Shown piece by piece: positions 19,274 through 26,413 of a stretch of 64,000 bases of DNA (its first letter is position 1; each line of letters begins with the position of its first letter). The translations under genes and the position numbers were made by a program. The notes beneath the pieces are model-generated. The model was given only the letters and a program-made list of their open reading frames with translations, ran no database searches and was not told the DNA's origin. Source of the DNA: a virus. The stretch lies in IMG/VR virus record IMGVR_UViG_3300025276_000022. One strand, 5' to 3'.

Positions 19274-19358
19274 GCGAGTGTGGCGAAATTGGTAGACGCG
19301 CAAGATTTAGGTTCTTGTTGAGAAATCAGTGGAGGTTCAAGTCCTCTCACTCGTACCA
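19274..19358 (+). tRNA. tRNA-Leu (UAG)
   Basis: CAAGA-TTTAGGT-TCTTG, long variable arm, CCA. Confidence 0.95.
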
Positions 19359-19378
19359 ATAAATGAAATGGATATATT

Positions 19379-19633
19379 ATGAAACCTGATACTAAATGGT
19401 ACCCCGACAATCTTGACTGGTACGTTAAATGGGCTGCGACTGTTTGCATCCTCACTGCTGTAATGTTTCGACAAGCAGGGCCCGATTGGAGATTGTACGA
19501 TCTTGCTGTGGGATTTGTCGGTACAGGACTTTGGGCGTGGGTGTCAGTGATGTGGGAAGACCGCGCACTGATTATACTAAACTCAGTTATGATGGTAATG
19601 CTGGGATCAGCACTTATGAGGGAATTTTTATGA
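19379..19633 (+). CDS. Three-TM membrane protein
   Basis: DWYVKW..W.DRALIILN pattern with hydrophobic helices. Confidence 0.7.
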   Translation: MKPDTKWYPDNLDWYVKWAATVCILTAVMFRQAGPDWRLYDLAVGFVGTGLWAWVSVMWEDRALIILNSVMMVMLGSALMREFL

Positions 19634-20010
19634 GTCAGTTAATGTACGCACACACTCCACCTTACACCAATGAGACTGTAGAGTTCGAAAGGTATTCTGA
19701 TGGGGTCTCTATGAGATCTGCCGCAGATATAGGTACCATCGATTACAAATTTAACGAAGGTAAACTCATAGAAGAGTTTAAGGATTACATCGACTCTACA
19801 TATAACGCACACTATTGCACTTCTGGTATTCAATCCAGTGAAGTCATTATTGATCGCGGGCATGGTATGGGTTTCTTTCTAGGTAATGTGGATAAGTATA
19901 ATGCACGTTATGGAAACAAGGGTGATGTATCGGATCACCGAAAGGATCTTGTGAAGGTTTTGCATTATGCTCTATTAGCATTACACACCCATGATTTGGA
20001 GAATACGTAA
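19630..20010 (+). CDS. DUF3310-like protein (T7 gp1.7 nucleotide kinase-like)
   Basis: HY..GFFLGNVDKY..RYG.KG..DLVKVLHY. Confidence 0.7.
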   Translation: MSQLMYAHTPPYTNETVEFERYSDGVSMRSAADIGTIDYKFNEGKLIEEFKDYIDSTYNAHYCTSGIQSSEVIIDRGHGMGFFLGNVDKYNARYGNKGDVSDHRKDLVKVLHYALLALHTHDLENT

Positions 20011-20013
20011 AGA

Positions 20014-20213
20014 ACGAGTCTGGTAACTCGGACTAGTAGTATGTTGTTCCTTCTACGATGAGAATGAGGATTAGTTACCTCAAATAGGAACACGACACCA
20101 AGTAGGTCGGTAGCTGGTACCGTTAGTCAGAAGCGCTGGAGACCGTGCGAGGTAATAGTTATAAAGATAGGCTATCTTTAGCTAAGGTCAAAGAAGGGGT
20201 TTGTGGCACCAGA
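20014..20213 (+). ncRNA. Putative structured ncRNA(s) in the tRNA cluster
   Basis: No long ORF; several helices; CCA ends at 20100 and 20211. Confidence 0.5.
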
Positions 20214-20221
20214 TAAATTAA

Positions 20222-20298
20222 GGACTGGTAGTTCAGTTGGTTAGAATGCCGGCCTGTCACGCCGGAGGTCGCGAGTTCGAGTCTCGTTCAGTCCGCCA
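20222..20298 (+). tRNA. tRNA-Asp (GUC)
   Basis: CCGGC-CTGTCAC-GCCGG, CCA. Confidence 0.97.
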
Positions 20299-20354
20299 AA
20301 TCTACATTTAAGCTGGAACTATATATAGCTCCTCCCACCAACTTAAAGGAAGAT

Positions 20355-20435
20355 ATGGAACTTTTAGATATCTTGATCGTTGGAGCGGTTACTTTGCTTA
20401 TTATATATTTCGCTCTATTTCATGAAGAAGATTAG
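20355..20435 (+). CDS. 26-aa single-TM miniprotein
   Basis: AAAGGA ribosome-binding site; MELLDILIVGAVTLLIIYFALFHEED. Confidence 0.5.
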   Translation: MELLDILIVGAVTLLIIYFALFHEED

Positions 20436-20520
20436 ATAAATCATAGTCTCGGAATGACTTAAAACTTGCACTGGTCGTTACGCCCGTCACCTAAGTATGT
20501 GAAAAACTGCTTAATAATTA

Positions 20521-20597
20521 CGGAGATTAGCACAGTTTGGTAGTGCGCTGCATTTGGGGTGCAGAGGTCGTAGGTTCGAATCCTCCATCTCCGACCA
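20521..20597 (+). tRNA. tRNA-Pro (UGG)
   Basis: CGGAGAT/ATCTCCG acceptor stem, TTTGGGG loop, CCA; one T-stem mismatch. Confidence 0.93.
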
Positions 20598-20614
20598 CTT
20601 ATTTTGGAAACAAT

Positions 20615-20980
20615 ATGAAAAATATCTTACTCGTTATAATGATCGCTCTGATCGTAGCATCTTTTGCATCTGCACAGAGTTTTAAATTCGCCAAGGATGA
20701 TCATAAATTCTTAGTAAAGGAAATTGAAAACCTAACACCGGCCGTTGAATTCATCCTATTAAAAACTGATGAAGAGTATGATGCAGCACGTAAAGAGTTC
20801 ATAGGCAGTGGTTGGAACAACGTAAGTGCATTCACTCGATGGAATGAAACCGAAGGTACGTGTAAGATATATGTTAAAGATCCATTGTGGAAGTACGAAC
20901 CAGAACTTATAGGGCATGAAGTTGCTCATTGTATATGGGGACGGTTCCATCGTGGTAAGAAAGGAGTGAGAACTAATTAA
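20615..20980 (+). CDS. Secreted HEXXH zincin-like protein
   Basis: Signal peptide ending ASA; GHEVAHC..G.FH. Confidence 0.65.
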   Translation: MKNILLVIMIALIVASFASAQSFKFAKDDHKFLVKEIENLTPAVEFILLKTDEEYDAARKEFIGSGWNNVSAFTRWNETEGTCKIYVKDPLWKYEPELIGHEVAHCIWGRFHRGKKGVRTN

Positions 20981-21074
20981 GGGTCTGATTCCCCTTTTGA
21001 AATAACTGAATCAGTGGTGCACCCTTTGCCAGAGAGTCTTGTTTCTCTCTTTAATCAACAAGCAAGTGGTACCA
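20979..21074 (+). ncRNA. Two tandem H-type pseudoknots
   Basis: AAGGG-T-CTGATTC-CCCTT..GAATCAG-TGGT and AGAGAG-T-CTTGTTT-CTCTCT..AAGCAAG-TGGT. Confidence 0.65.
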
Positions 21075-21091
21075 GTGGTAAGAGGTAATGT

Positions 21092-21166
21092 TGGGGTGTC
21101 GCCAAGTGGTTAAGGCCTCGGGTTTTGATCCCGATATCGGAGGTTCGAATCCTCCCACCCCAGCCA
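21092..21166 (+). tRNA. tRNA-Gln (UUG)
   Basis: TCGGG-TTTTGAT-CCCGA, CCA. Confidence 0.96.
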
Positions 21167-21226
21167 ATATAATTTTCAAAAGACTTGACAGACGTATAAG
21201 TAAGTGTTACAATAGCTGTATTAAAT

Positions 21227-21314
21227 GGAGAGTTGGCAGAGTGGTCGAATGCACCTGACTTGAAATCAGACGAACCGCAAGGTTCCGTAGGTTCGAATCC
21301 TACACTCTCCGCCA
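21227..21314 (+). tRNA. tRNA-Ser (UGA anticodon)
   Basis: CTTGAAA loop, long variable arm, GCCA end; promoter 21185-21213. Confidence 0.95.
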
Positions 21315-21344
21315 TTTACATAATACATTGACGAGTTCTATATT

Positions 21345-22760
21345 ATGAAGTATAAAGTACTACTATTATCATCATCTATTTTCCTAGCATCGTGTGGTGG
21401 AGGATCTACTAGTTCCCCTGAACCGATTGCTGTTATTCCCCCAGCACCTACTCCTCTTGAGATATCTATTGGTGAGTTAAGGGATATAATGAACGTGACC
21501 TCTCCTACAGGTTCGTACGAAGGATACATTCTCCCAGAAAGTGATGACTTCTTCAACATCCCCCAAGATCCTAGCAACCCTGTTACTTCTGAGAAAGTAG
21601 AGTTAGGTAAGTTGCTTTATCATGAAACTGGTATGACCTCGTCTGAGACTAGCAAGACCGATATGGTCGACACGTGGTCTTGTGCATCATGTCACAATGG
21701 CCAGAACGGATTCAAGTCTGGTATTCGCCAAGGTATTGGTGAAGGTGGTGTCGGTTTTGATCACCGTACTTTCGCAGAAGGTATGGAAGAACTTGCAGAC
21801 ATACAACCACTAACATCTCCTACTGTATTGAATAGTGCATATCAAGAAGTGATGTTATGGAACGGTCAGTTCGGTAATGTGATGGGCGGTATAGTGAATG
21901 TGGGTATTGACCCTGAACGTCACTTCACCGAAGGTACCCCGAAGGAAGCAAACCTACGACAGTTGTCTGGTCTTGAAACACAAGCAGTTGCCGGTCTAGG
22001 TGTTCACCGAATGGATGTTACTAGTGATGAATCCATCCTTAGTAACAACGAAACCTATCAGATGATGTTTGAGGCTGCATACGGAACTTCACGACCGACC
22101 GATATGTTAGAGGCAGCATCCTTTGCGATTGCCGCATACGAAAGAACTATCCTTGCAAACCGTGCACCATTCCAAACGTTCCTACGTGGAGATGAGACTG
22201 CACTGTCTATAGAGGAAGTAGAAGGTGCAAAAGTATTCTTCGGTAAAGGTAACTGTGCTGGTTGCCACAACGGCCCTGCACTATCATCACCTGTAGGATC
22301 TATGGCGCAAGAAGTGTTTATGACTCTTGGTTTCCATGACTTGGATATGTGGGAAGATACTGTCGGTGAAGTTGGCCAAGCGGTAAAAGAAGGTCGTGCT
22401 GGATTTACTGGTGACAGTATGGAAAAGTTCGCGTTCAAAGTACCGCCACTTTACAATCTTATAGATACTACTGTATTCGGTCATGGTGGTTCATTCACCA
22501 GTGTTGAAGATGTGGTAAGATATAAAGTTGCCGCAGTTCCACAACATCCACAAGTTGAAACGACTGATGTGGACTACCGTTTTGTTCCATTAGATTTGAG
22601 TGAAGAAGATATCTCAAACTTGATTGCATTCTTAGAGCAGAGTTTGTATGATCCAGATTTGATGAGATATGTACCAGACACATTGCCTAGTGGTAACTGT
22701 GTAACCAACAATGACCAGCAGTCACAAGACGACTTAGGATGTACTGACAATGGATTATAA
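21345..22760 (+). CDS. Di-heme cytochrome c peroxidase/MauG-family lipoprotein
   Basis: Lipobox LASC; NP..EKVELGKLL; CASCH and CAGCH heme motifs; FKVPPLYN; GHGG. Confidence 0.9.
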   Translation: MKYKVLLLSSSIFLASCGGGSTSSPEPIAVIPPAPTPLEISIGELRDIMNVTSPTGSYEGYILPESDDFFNIPQDPSNPVTSEKVELGKLLYHETGMTSSETSKTDMVDTWSCASCHNGQNGFKSGIRQGIGEGGVGFDHRTFAEGMEELADIQPLTSPTVLNSAYQEVMLWNGQFGNVMGGIVNVGIDPERHFTEGTPKEANLRQLSGLETQAVAGLGVHRMDVTSDESILSNNETYQMMFEAAYGTSRPTDMLEAASFAIAAYERTILANRAPFQTFLRGDETALSIEEVEGAKVFFGKGNCAGCHNGPALSSPVGSMAQEVFMTLGFHDLDMWEDTVGEVGQAVKEGRAGFTGDSMEKFAFKVPPLYNLIDTTVFGHGGSFTSVEDVVRYKVAAVPQHPQVETTDVDYRFVPLDLSEEDISNLIAFLEQSLYDPDLMRYVPDTLPSGNCVTNNDQQSQDDLGCTDNGL

Positions 22761-22971
22761 TACTAAAAATATTGAAGTGATGACGAGTACCAAGCAGGGT
22801 ATGATTGACCGACTAAGACGTAAGAATTCTAGGAGAGTTGAGTATATCGACGTTCGAATAGAACAGCTGACTATAGAACGAGACAATCCAAATAATTCGG
22901 AAGCAGATTCTAAGTGGTATAACAGATGCATCCAAGAACTCAATTGGGTAAAGCAGCAAACACAGGTGTAA
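22750..22971 (+). CDS. Hypothetical protein
   Basis: ORF ending WYNRCIQELNWV. Confidence 0.6.
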   Translation: MDYNTKNIEVMTSTKQGMIDRLRRKNSRRVEYIDVRIEQLTIERDNPNNSEADSKWYNRCIQELNWVKQQTQV

Positions 22972-22973
22972 CG

Positions 22974-23159
22974 ATGGTAACAAAAAACGATATTACTGGA
23001 GATGCTATACGCTCCAAGTCGTTATCAAAACAAGGACGTGATAACTGGGACGACATCTTCGGGAAGAAGAACACGGAAGAAGCGCCTACAGAAGTAAAGA
23101 TAAACACGGTTATAAATAAAGATACTCTGATACTAACACGAGAAGATTTTATAGAGTAA
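22974..23159 (+). CDS. Hypothetical protein
   Basis: KNDITGD.I.SK..NWDDIF motif. Confidence 0.6.
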   Translation: MVTKNDITGDAIRSKSLSKQGRDNWDDIFGKKNTEEAPTEVKINTVINKDTLILTREDFIE

Positions 23160-23160
23160 T
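23109..23160 (+). repeat. 52-bp direct repeat, copy 1 (contains late promoter TATAAATA)
   Basis: One mismatch to 24059-24110. Confidence 0.95.
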
Positions 23161-23165
23161 TCCTA

Positions 23166-24065
23166 ATGTTTTATGTTTTGTCTAGCCACAATATTTATGC
23201 ACTAAGACGACAATTTAACACACTGTCAAAAAATAATACTACGGTAATTATAAATACATTAAGCGATACGTTTCGAGAACAAGCAGAATCTTATTGTAAG
23301 GAAGAAGATCTTCGATACTTTATAACAGAGAGTGATGGAACTGCCGCTACTGGTAAGAACAGTTTCCTAGACCAGTTTGATAAAGACGGTGTGCCACATG
23401 CAGTATTGATTGATGGAGATGACTATCTAACACCAAGAGGTGTCCACTGTTATAAAAGAATGATGGGGAAGAAAGATAGTCCAGATGCTTTGATACTGTT
23501 TAATCAGGTATCCCTTATGTCACCTGATGATCAAAACACAGAAAGAACGCAATGTGAAAAAAGGCCACATGAAGATATAACCCATATGCCCAGGCATTAC
23601 ACCCAAGGTTCTGCTGTAGTAGATTGGGATTCCCTCGCACAAGGTGATTTGATAGTAGACAATGTCCCAGATGCAACCGAAGCTGATGTTGATATGTTTA
23701 GAAAATATATAACTTTACTTGGAAGTGGAATGGGGATAGATGAGTTGAGCACTCGACTAGTTTTTATGTCGAGGAAGGTAATACCTTACAGATTTAAAGA
23801 TTTAGTTGTTGGAGAGGACACCCTTCAATACTTAGAAGTAAAAGATGCCTTTGACCGCGGCGAACTAGTGATGGTCGCTCATGAAGAGTCTAAAGCACCT
23901 ACCTACATATACGATATACGAATATCAGGTATTGCAGTAAAGGAAAGTGGTCGAGCTCGAGGAAGAGGGGGTTTAACTTGGATGGCAAGACTACTAAAAG
24001 AATTAGAAAATTTACATGGGAAGAACAAGTTACATAACACAAGAGTTCCCATAACGGAGTTATAA
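23166..24065 (+). CDS. GT-A fold glycosyltransferase-like protein (paralog of 37992-38948)
   Basis: ITESDGT..TGKNS, IDGDD, VGEDT. Confidence 0.6.
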   Translation: MFYVLSSHNIYALRRQFNTLSKNNTTVIINTLSDTFREQAESYCKEEDLRYFITESDGTAATGKNSFLDQFDKDGVPHAVLIDGDDYLTPRGVHCYKRMMGKKDSPDALILFNQVSLMSPDDQNTERTQCEKRPHEDITHMPRHYTQGSAVVDWDSLAQGDLIVDNVPDATEADVDMFRKYITLLGSGMGIDELSTRLVFMSRKVIPYRFKDLVVGEDTLQYLEVKDAFDRGELVMVAHEESKAPTYIYDIRISGIAVKESGRARGRGGLTWMARLLKELENLHGKNKLHNTRVPITEL

Positions 24066-24110
24066 ATAAAGATACTCTGATACTAACACGAGAAGATTTC
24101 ATAGAGTAAT
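24059..24110 (+). repeat. 52-bp direct repeat, copy 2
   Basis: GTTATAAATAAAGATACTCTGATACTAACACGAGAAGATTT(C/T)ATAGAGTAAT. Confidence 0.95.
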
Positions 24111-24119
24111 AGCATTATT

Positions 24120-24193
24120 GGGGGAATAGTATAACGGGATTACTGCGCCCTTGCACGGCGTCGATCGGGGTTCGATTCCCCGTTCCTCCACCA
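24120..24193 (+). tRNA. tRNA-Ala (UGC)
   Basis: G3:U70 in GGGGGAA/TTCCTCC, CTTGCAC loop, CCA. Confidence 0.95.
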
Positions 24194-24194
24194 A

Positions 24195-24384
24195 TTTCCC
24201 CACTGTACGGGGCTCGGTACTACAGAGATGAACGTTGCGCTTTTAATAGCGCACTAACTTGGTAACTGCGATCTCTCAAACGTGCGTGTTATTAATACCA
24301 CGGCAGTCGGGAAACCACAATCCCAACAAGTTAAGGTTCACCAATCATAAAGTACCATTAAGAGCCCCGTACTCGTGGGGATCC
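24195..24384 (+). ncRNA. About 185-nt structured ncRNA
   Basis: Closing stem CCCCAC/GTGGGG + GTACGGGGCTC/GAGCCCCGTAC + GGTACT/AGTACC, with nested inner helices. Confidence 0.7.
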
Positions 24385-24482
24385 TTACGTGACTAATAAA
24401 GTGAAATGAGTCACCCATCGCCCTTGACAAATCTGTCCAAATCCTTTATAATGTAGTATATTAAATTGAATTGGATTATATT

Positions 24483-25202
24483 ATGTTTAAACATGTTCCC
24501 GTAGAACTGACTGAGATGACTGCTGTTACTACTGACACTGGTCGTCAATACGAAACCCCCGAAGGTATAACCTTACCTTCTATCACCACTGTTCTTTCTA
24601 TTCTCTCTCGCGACTCCATTGCTAAATGGCGTGCTCGTGTTGGTGAGAAAGAAGCTAACCGTGTCTCCTATCGCGCATCTACGCGTGGTACTGCGGTTCA
24701 CGAAATCTGTGAACAGTATGTCAATAACGATCCCGACTATGAAAAGTACATGGCCATCAATCCTGACAATGGTGAGATGAAGATGACTAAACGTACTCCC
24801 GATCTAATCGATTCCTTCCTAAAGATTAAACCAATCCTTGACGAACGTCTTACCCTTGTCCATGCACAAGAAGCACCTCTGTACTCTACCCATCTGGGTG
24901 TGGCAGGTCGTGTGGATTGCGTCGGTGTCTTCGACGGTAAGTTGTCGATCATTGACTACAAGACTTCTATGAAGCCTAAACGCCTTGACTGGATTAAGAA
25001 TTACTTCATGCAAGAGTCTGCATATGCAATTATGTGGGAAGAACGCACTGGAATGCCTATCACTCAGTTAGTGACCGTCATCTCTGTCGACAATCACGAA
25101 CCTCAAGTATTTGTTGAACACCGTGATAACTGGGTGCGTCCACTCCGTGATACTATTGCTCAATATAAAGAAGAAAATAGTGCTAATGCTCTTGACATAT
25201 AA
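24483..25202 (+). CDS. PD-(D/E)XK exonuclease (Cas4/RecB-like)
   Basis: PSITTVL, RGTAVH, AGRVD, IIDYKTS, Q.SAYA; promoter 24424-24452. Confidence 0.9.
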   Translation: MFKHVPVELTEMTAVTTDTGRQYETPEGITLPSITTVLSILSRDSIAKWRARVGEKEANRVSYRASTRGTAVHEICEQYVNNDPDYEKYMAINPDNGEMKMTKRTPDLIDSFLKIKPILDERLTLVHAQEAPLYSTHLGVAGRVDCVGVFDGKLSIIDYKTSMKPKRLDWIKNYFMQESAYAIMWEERTGMPITQLVTVISVDNHEPQVFVEHRDNWVRPLRDTIAQYKEENSANALDI

Positions 25203-25258
25203 ATAGTATCTGTTATACTCTATAAACAAACTTGAGTTAAATAACGTAGGAATTTTTT

Positions 25259-26413
25259 ATGGCAGCTTTATCTTACAAAGAAATTACCAAGGAGAACAAG
25301 GAGTATCGTTCTGAGCTTCTTGTCGAAAAGGTTTTTTCTAGAAACGGAAAGTCTAATAATTTTGTTATTGAAGGAGAAGGTGTTCTGGTCGCAGAATATA
25401 TTAAGATAAACGACAAGAAGATCTCTTCTGGAGATACCCATGATATAGTAGGTATGATATTTGCTCTGAAACTTTTACCCGTTTCCCAAAGAAAGATTTT
25501 AGTATGCGGTAAATTTCAAGGACAGTCTGCGAATAAATCGTTTCTTATATCTAAATTAGAGAAGACCGAAGAATTTGGTGGTCAACCTGCCGGCGGTACC
25601 AGAGTAAACAAAGGTATCCAATTCGAACACGACTTCGTTGATGTTCTAAACGAACAACTTTCGGGTACTATGAGTAGTAAGACGTATTCGAAAGAAGTCG
25701 ACTACATTCTCAAAGCTTGTGCTAAAAAGGAAAGATCTCCGGTAGTAAAGATATTGGCGGAAGGTGGACAGAACCAAAGTCGTCCTATCGCAGTACAGGG
25801 CGGTAAGTTATATATTGCCCCTAATGACCATAAAGCACATGGCGAGAAGTTGACTGATATTACTCTAGTTCACGCCAACAACAAAAAATCATATCTATCT
25901 TTGAAGTTCTCAAGTACTCTCACTTTCATGAATGCTGGTGTTGGAATGATCTTCACTCAGAGAGACATGTTAAATAATGAAGTCACTACTCCAATCGGTA
26001 AGCAGATAATAGAGACGTTTGGGTTGGACGAAACTATGTTTTGTGAGGTGTTCACGCAGTATGGAAAACAAAAGTTTCCTTCTGTAAAAACCTCTATGAA
26101 CAATACCAAGTTAAAGAATTTCCTTCAAACATGTATCGGCTCTGGTTATTGGATGGTTCATGGTATGGAAGGTGGAAAGGTTTACTTCTGGGAAATGTCT
26201 TCTGCGAAAAATCCGCAGTATTCTACTATCACGGGTGATGTTGAGATTCAATACGGTGGTTCTTCAGGTAAAGGTAAACGTATTGATATCGTGTTCAGCA
26301 ATCAATATTTTGACTTTAAGATAAACATTAGAAATAAACAGGGGGGTTTGTATCCTTCACACATAATGTGTGACTATAAGAGCAAACCAGCAACAGGAAA
26401 AGTGTTACTATGA
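25259..26413 (+). CDS. Hypothetical protein, PD-(D/E)XK restriction endonuclease-like
   Basis: GIQFE..LTDITL..YLSLK; TATAAATA at 25198. Confidence 0.5.
   Translation: MAALSYKEITKENKEYRSELLVEKVFSRNGKSNNFVIEGEGVLVAEYIKINDKKISSGDTHDIVGMIFALKLLPVSQRKILVCGKFQGQSANKSFLISKLEKTEEFGGQPAGGTRVNKGIQFEHDFVDVLNEQLSGTMSSKTYSKEVDYILKACAKKERSPVVKILAEGGQNQSRPIAVQGGKLYIAPNDHKAHGEKLTDITLVHANNKKSYLSLKFSSTLTFMNAGVGMIFTQRDMLNNEVTTPIGKQIIETFGLDETMFCEVFTQYGKQKFPSVKTSMNNTKLKNFLQTCIGSGYWMVHGMEGGKVYFWEMSSAKNPQYSTITGDVEIQYGGSSGKGKRIDIVFSNQYFDFKINIRNKQGGLYPSHIMCDYKSKPATGKVLL

Noticed and set aside
20979-21030. SAM-II/SAM-V or preQ1 riboswitch
   Set aside because: The loop is too short for the ligand-binding consensus, and the downstream gene is a tRNA.
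21227-21314. tRNAs with anticodons TGA and TAG (19274) as stop suppressors or a sign of recoding
   Set aside because: They read UCA (Ser) and CUA (Leu); core genes are intact in the standard code and all three stops are used.
23109-24193. attL/attR prophage boundary at tRNA-Ala
   Set aside because: The repeat does not include the tRNA 3' end, no integrase is present, and both flanks are phage-like.
24195-24384. tmRNA, SRP RNA, RNase P RNA or theta ribozyme
   Set aside because: No tRNA-like ends or tag ORF, no SRP domain IV, no GAGGAAAGUCC, and no HDV-like fold starting at the tRNA 3' end.
24483-25202. Cas4 as evidence of a CRISPR system
   Set aside because: A solo exonuclease common in T4-like phages; no array nearby.
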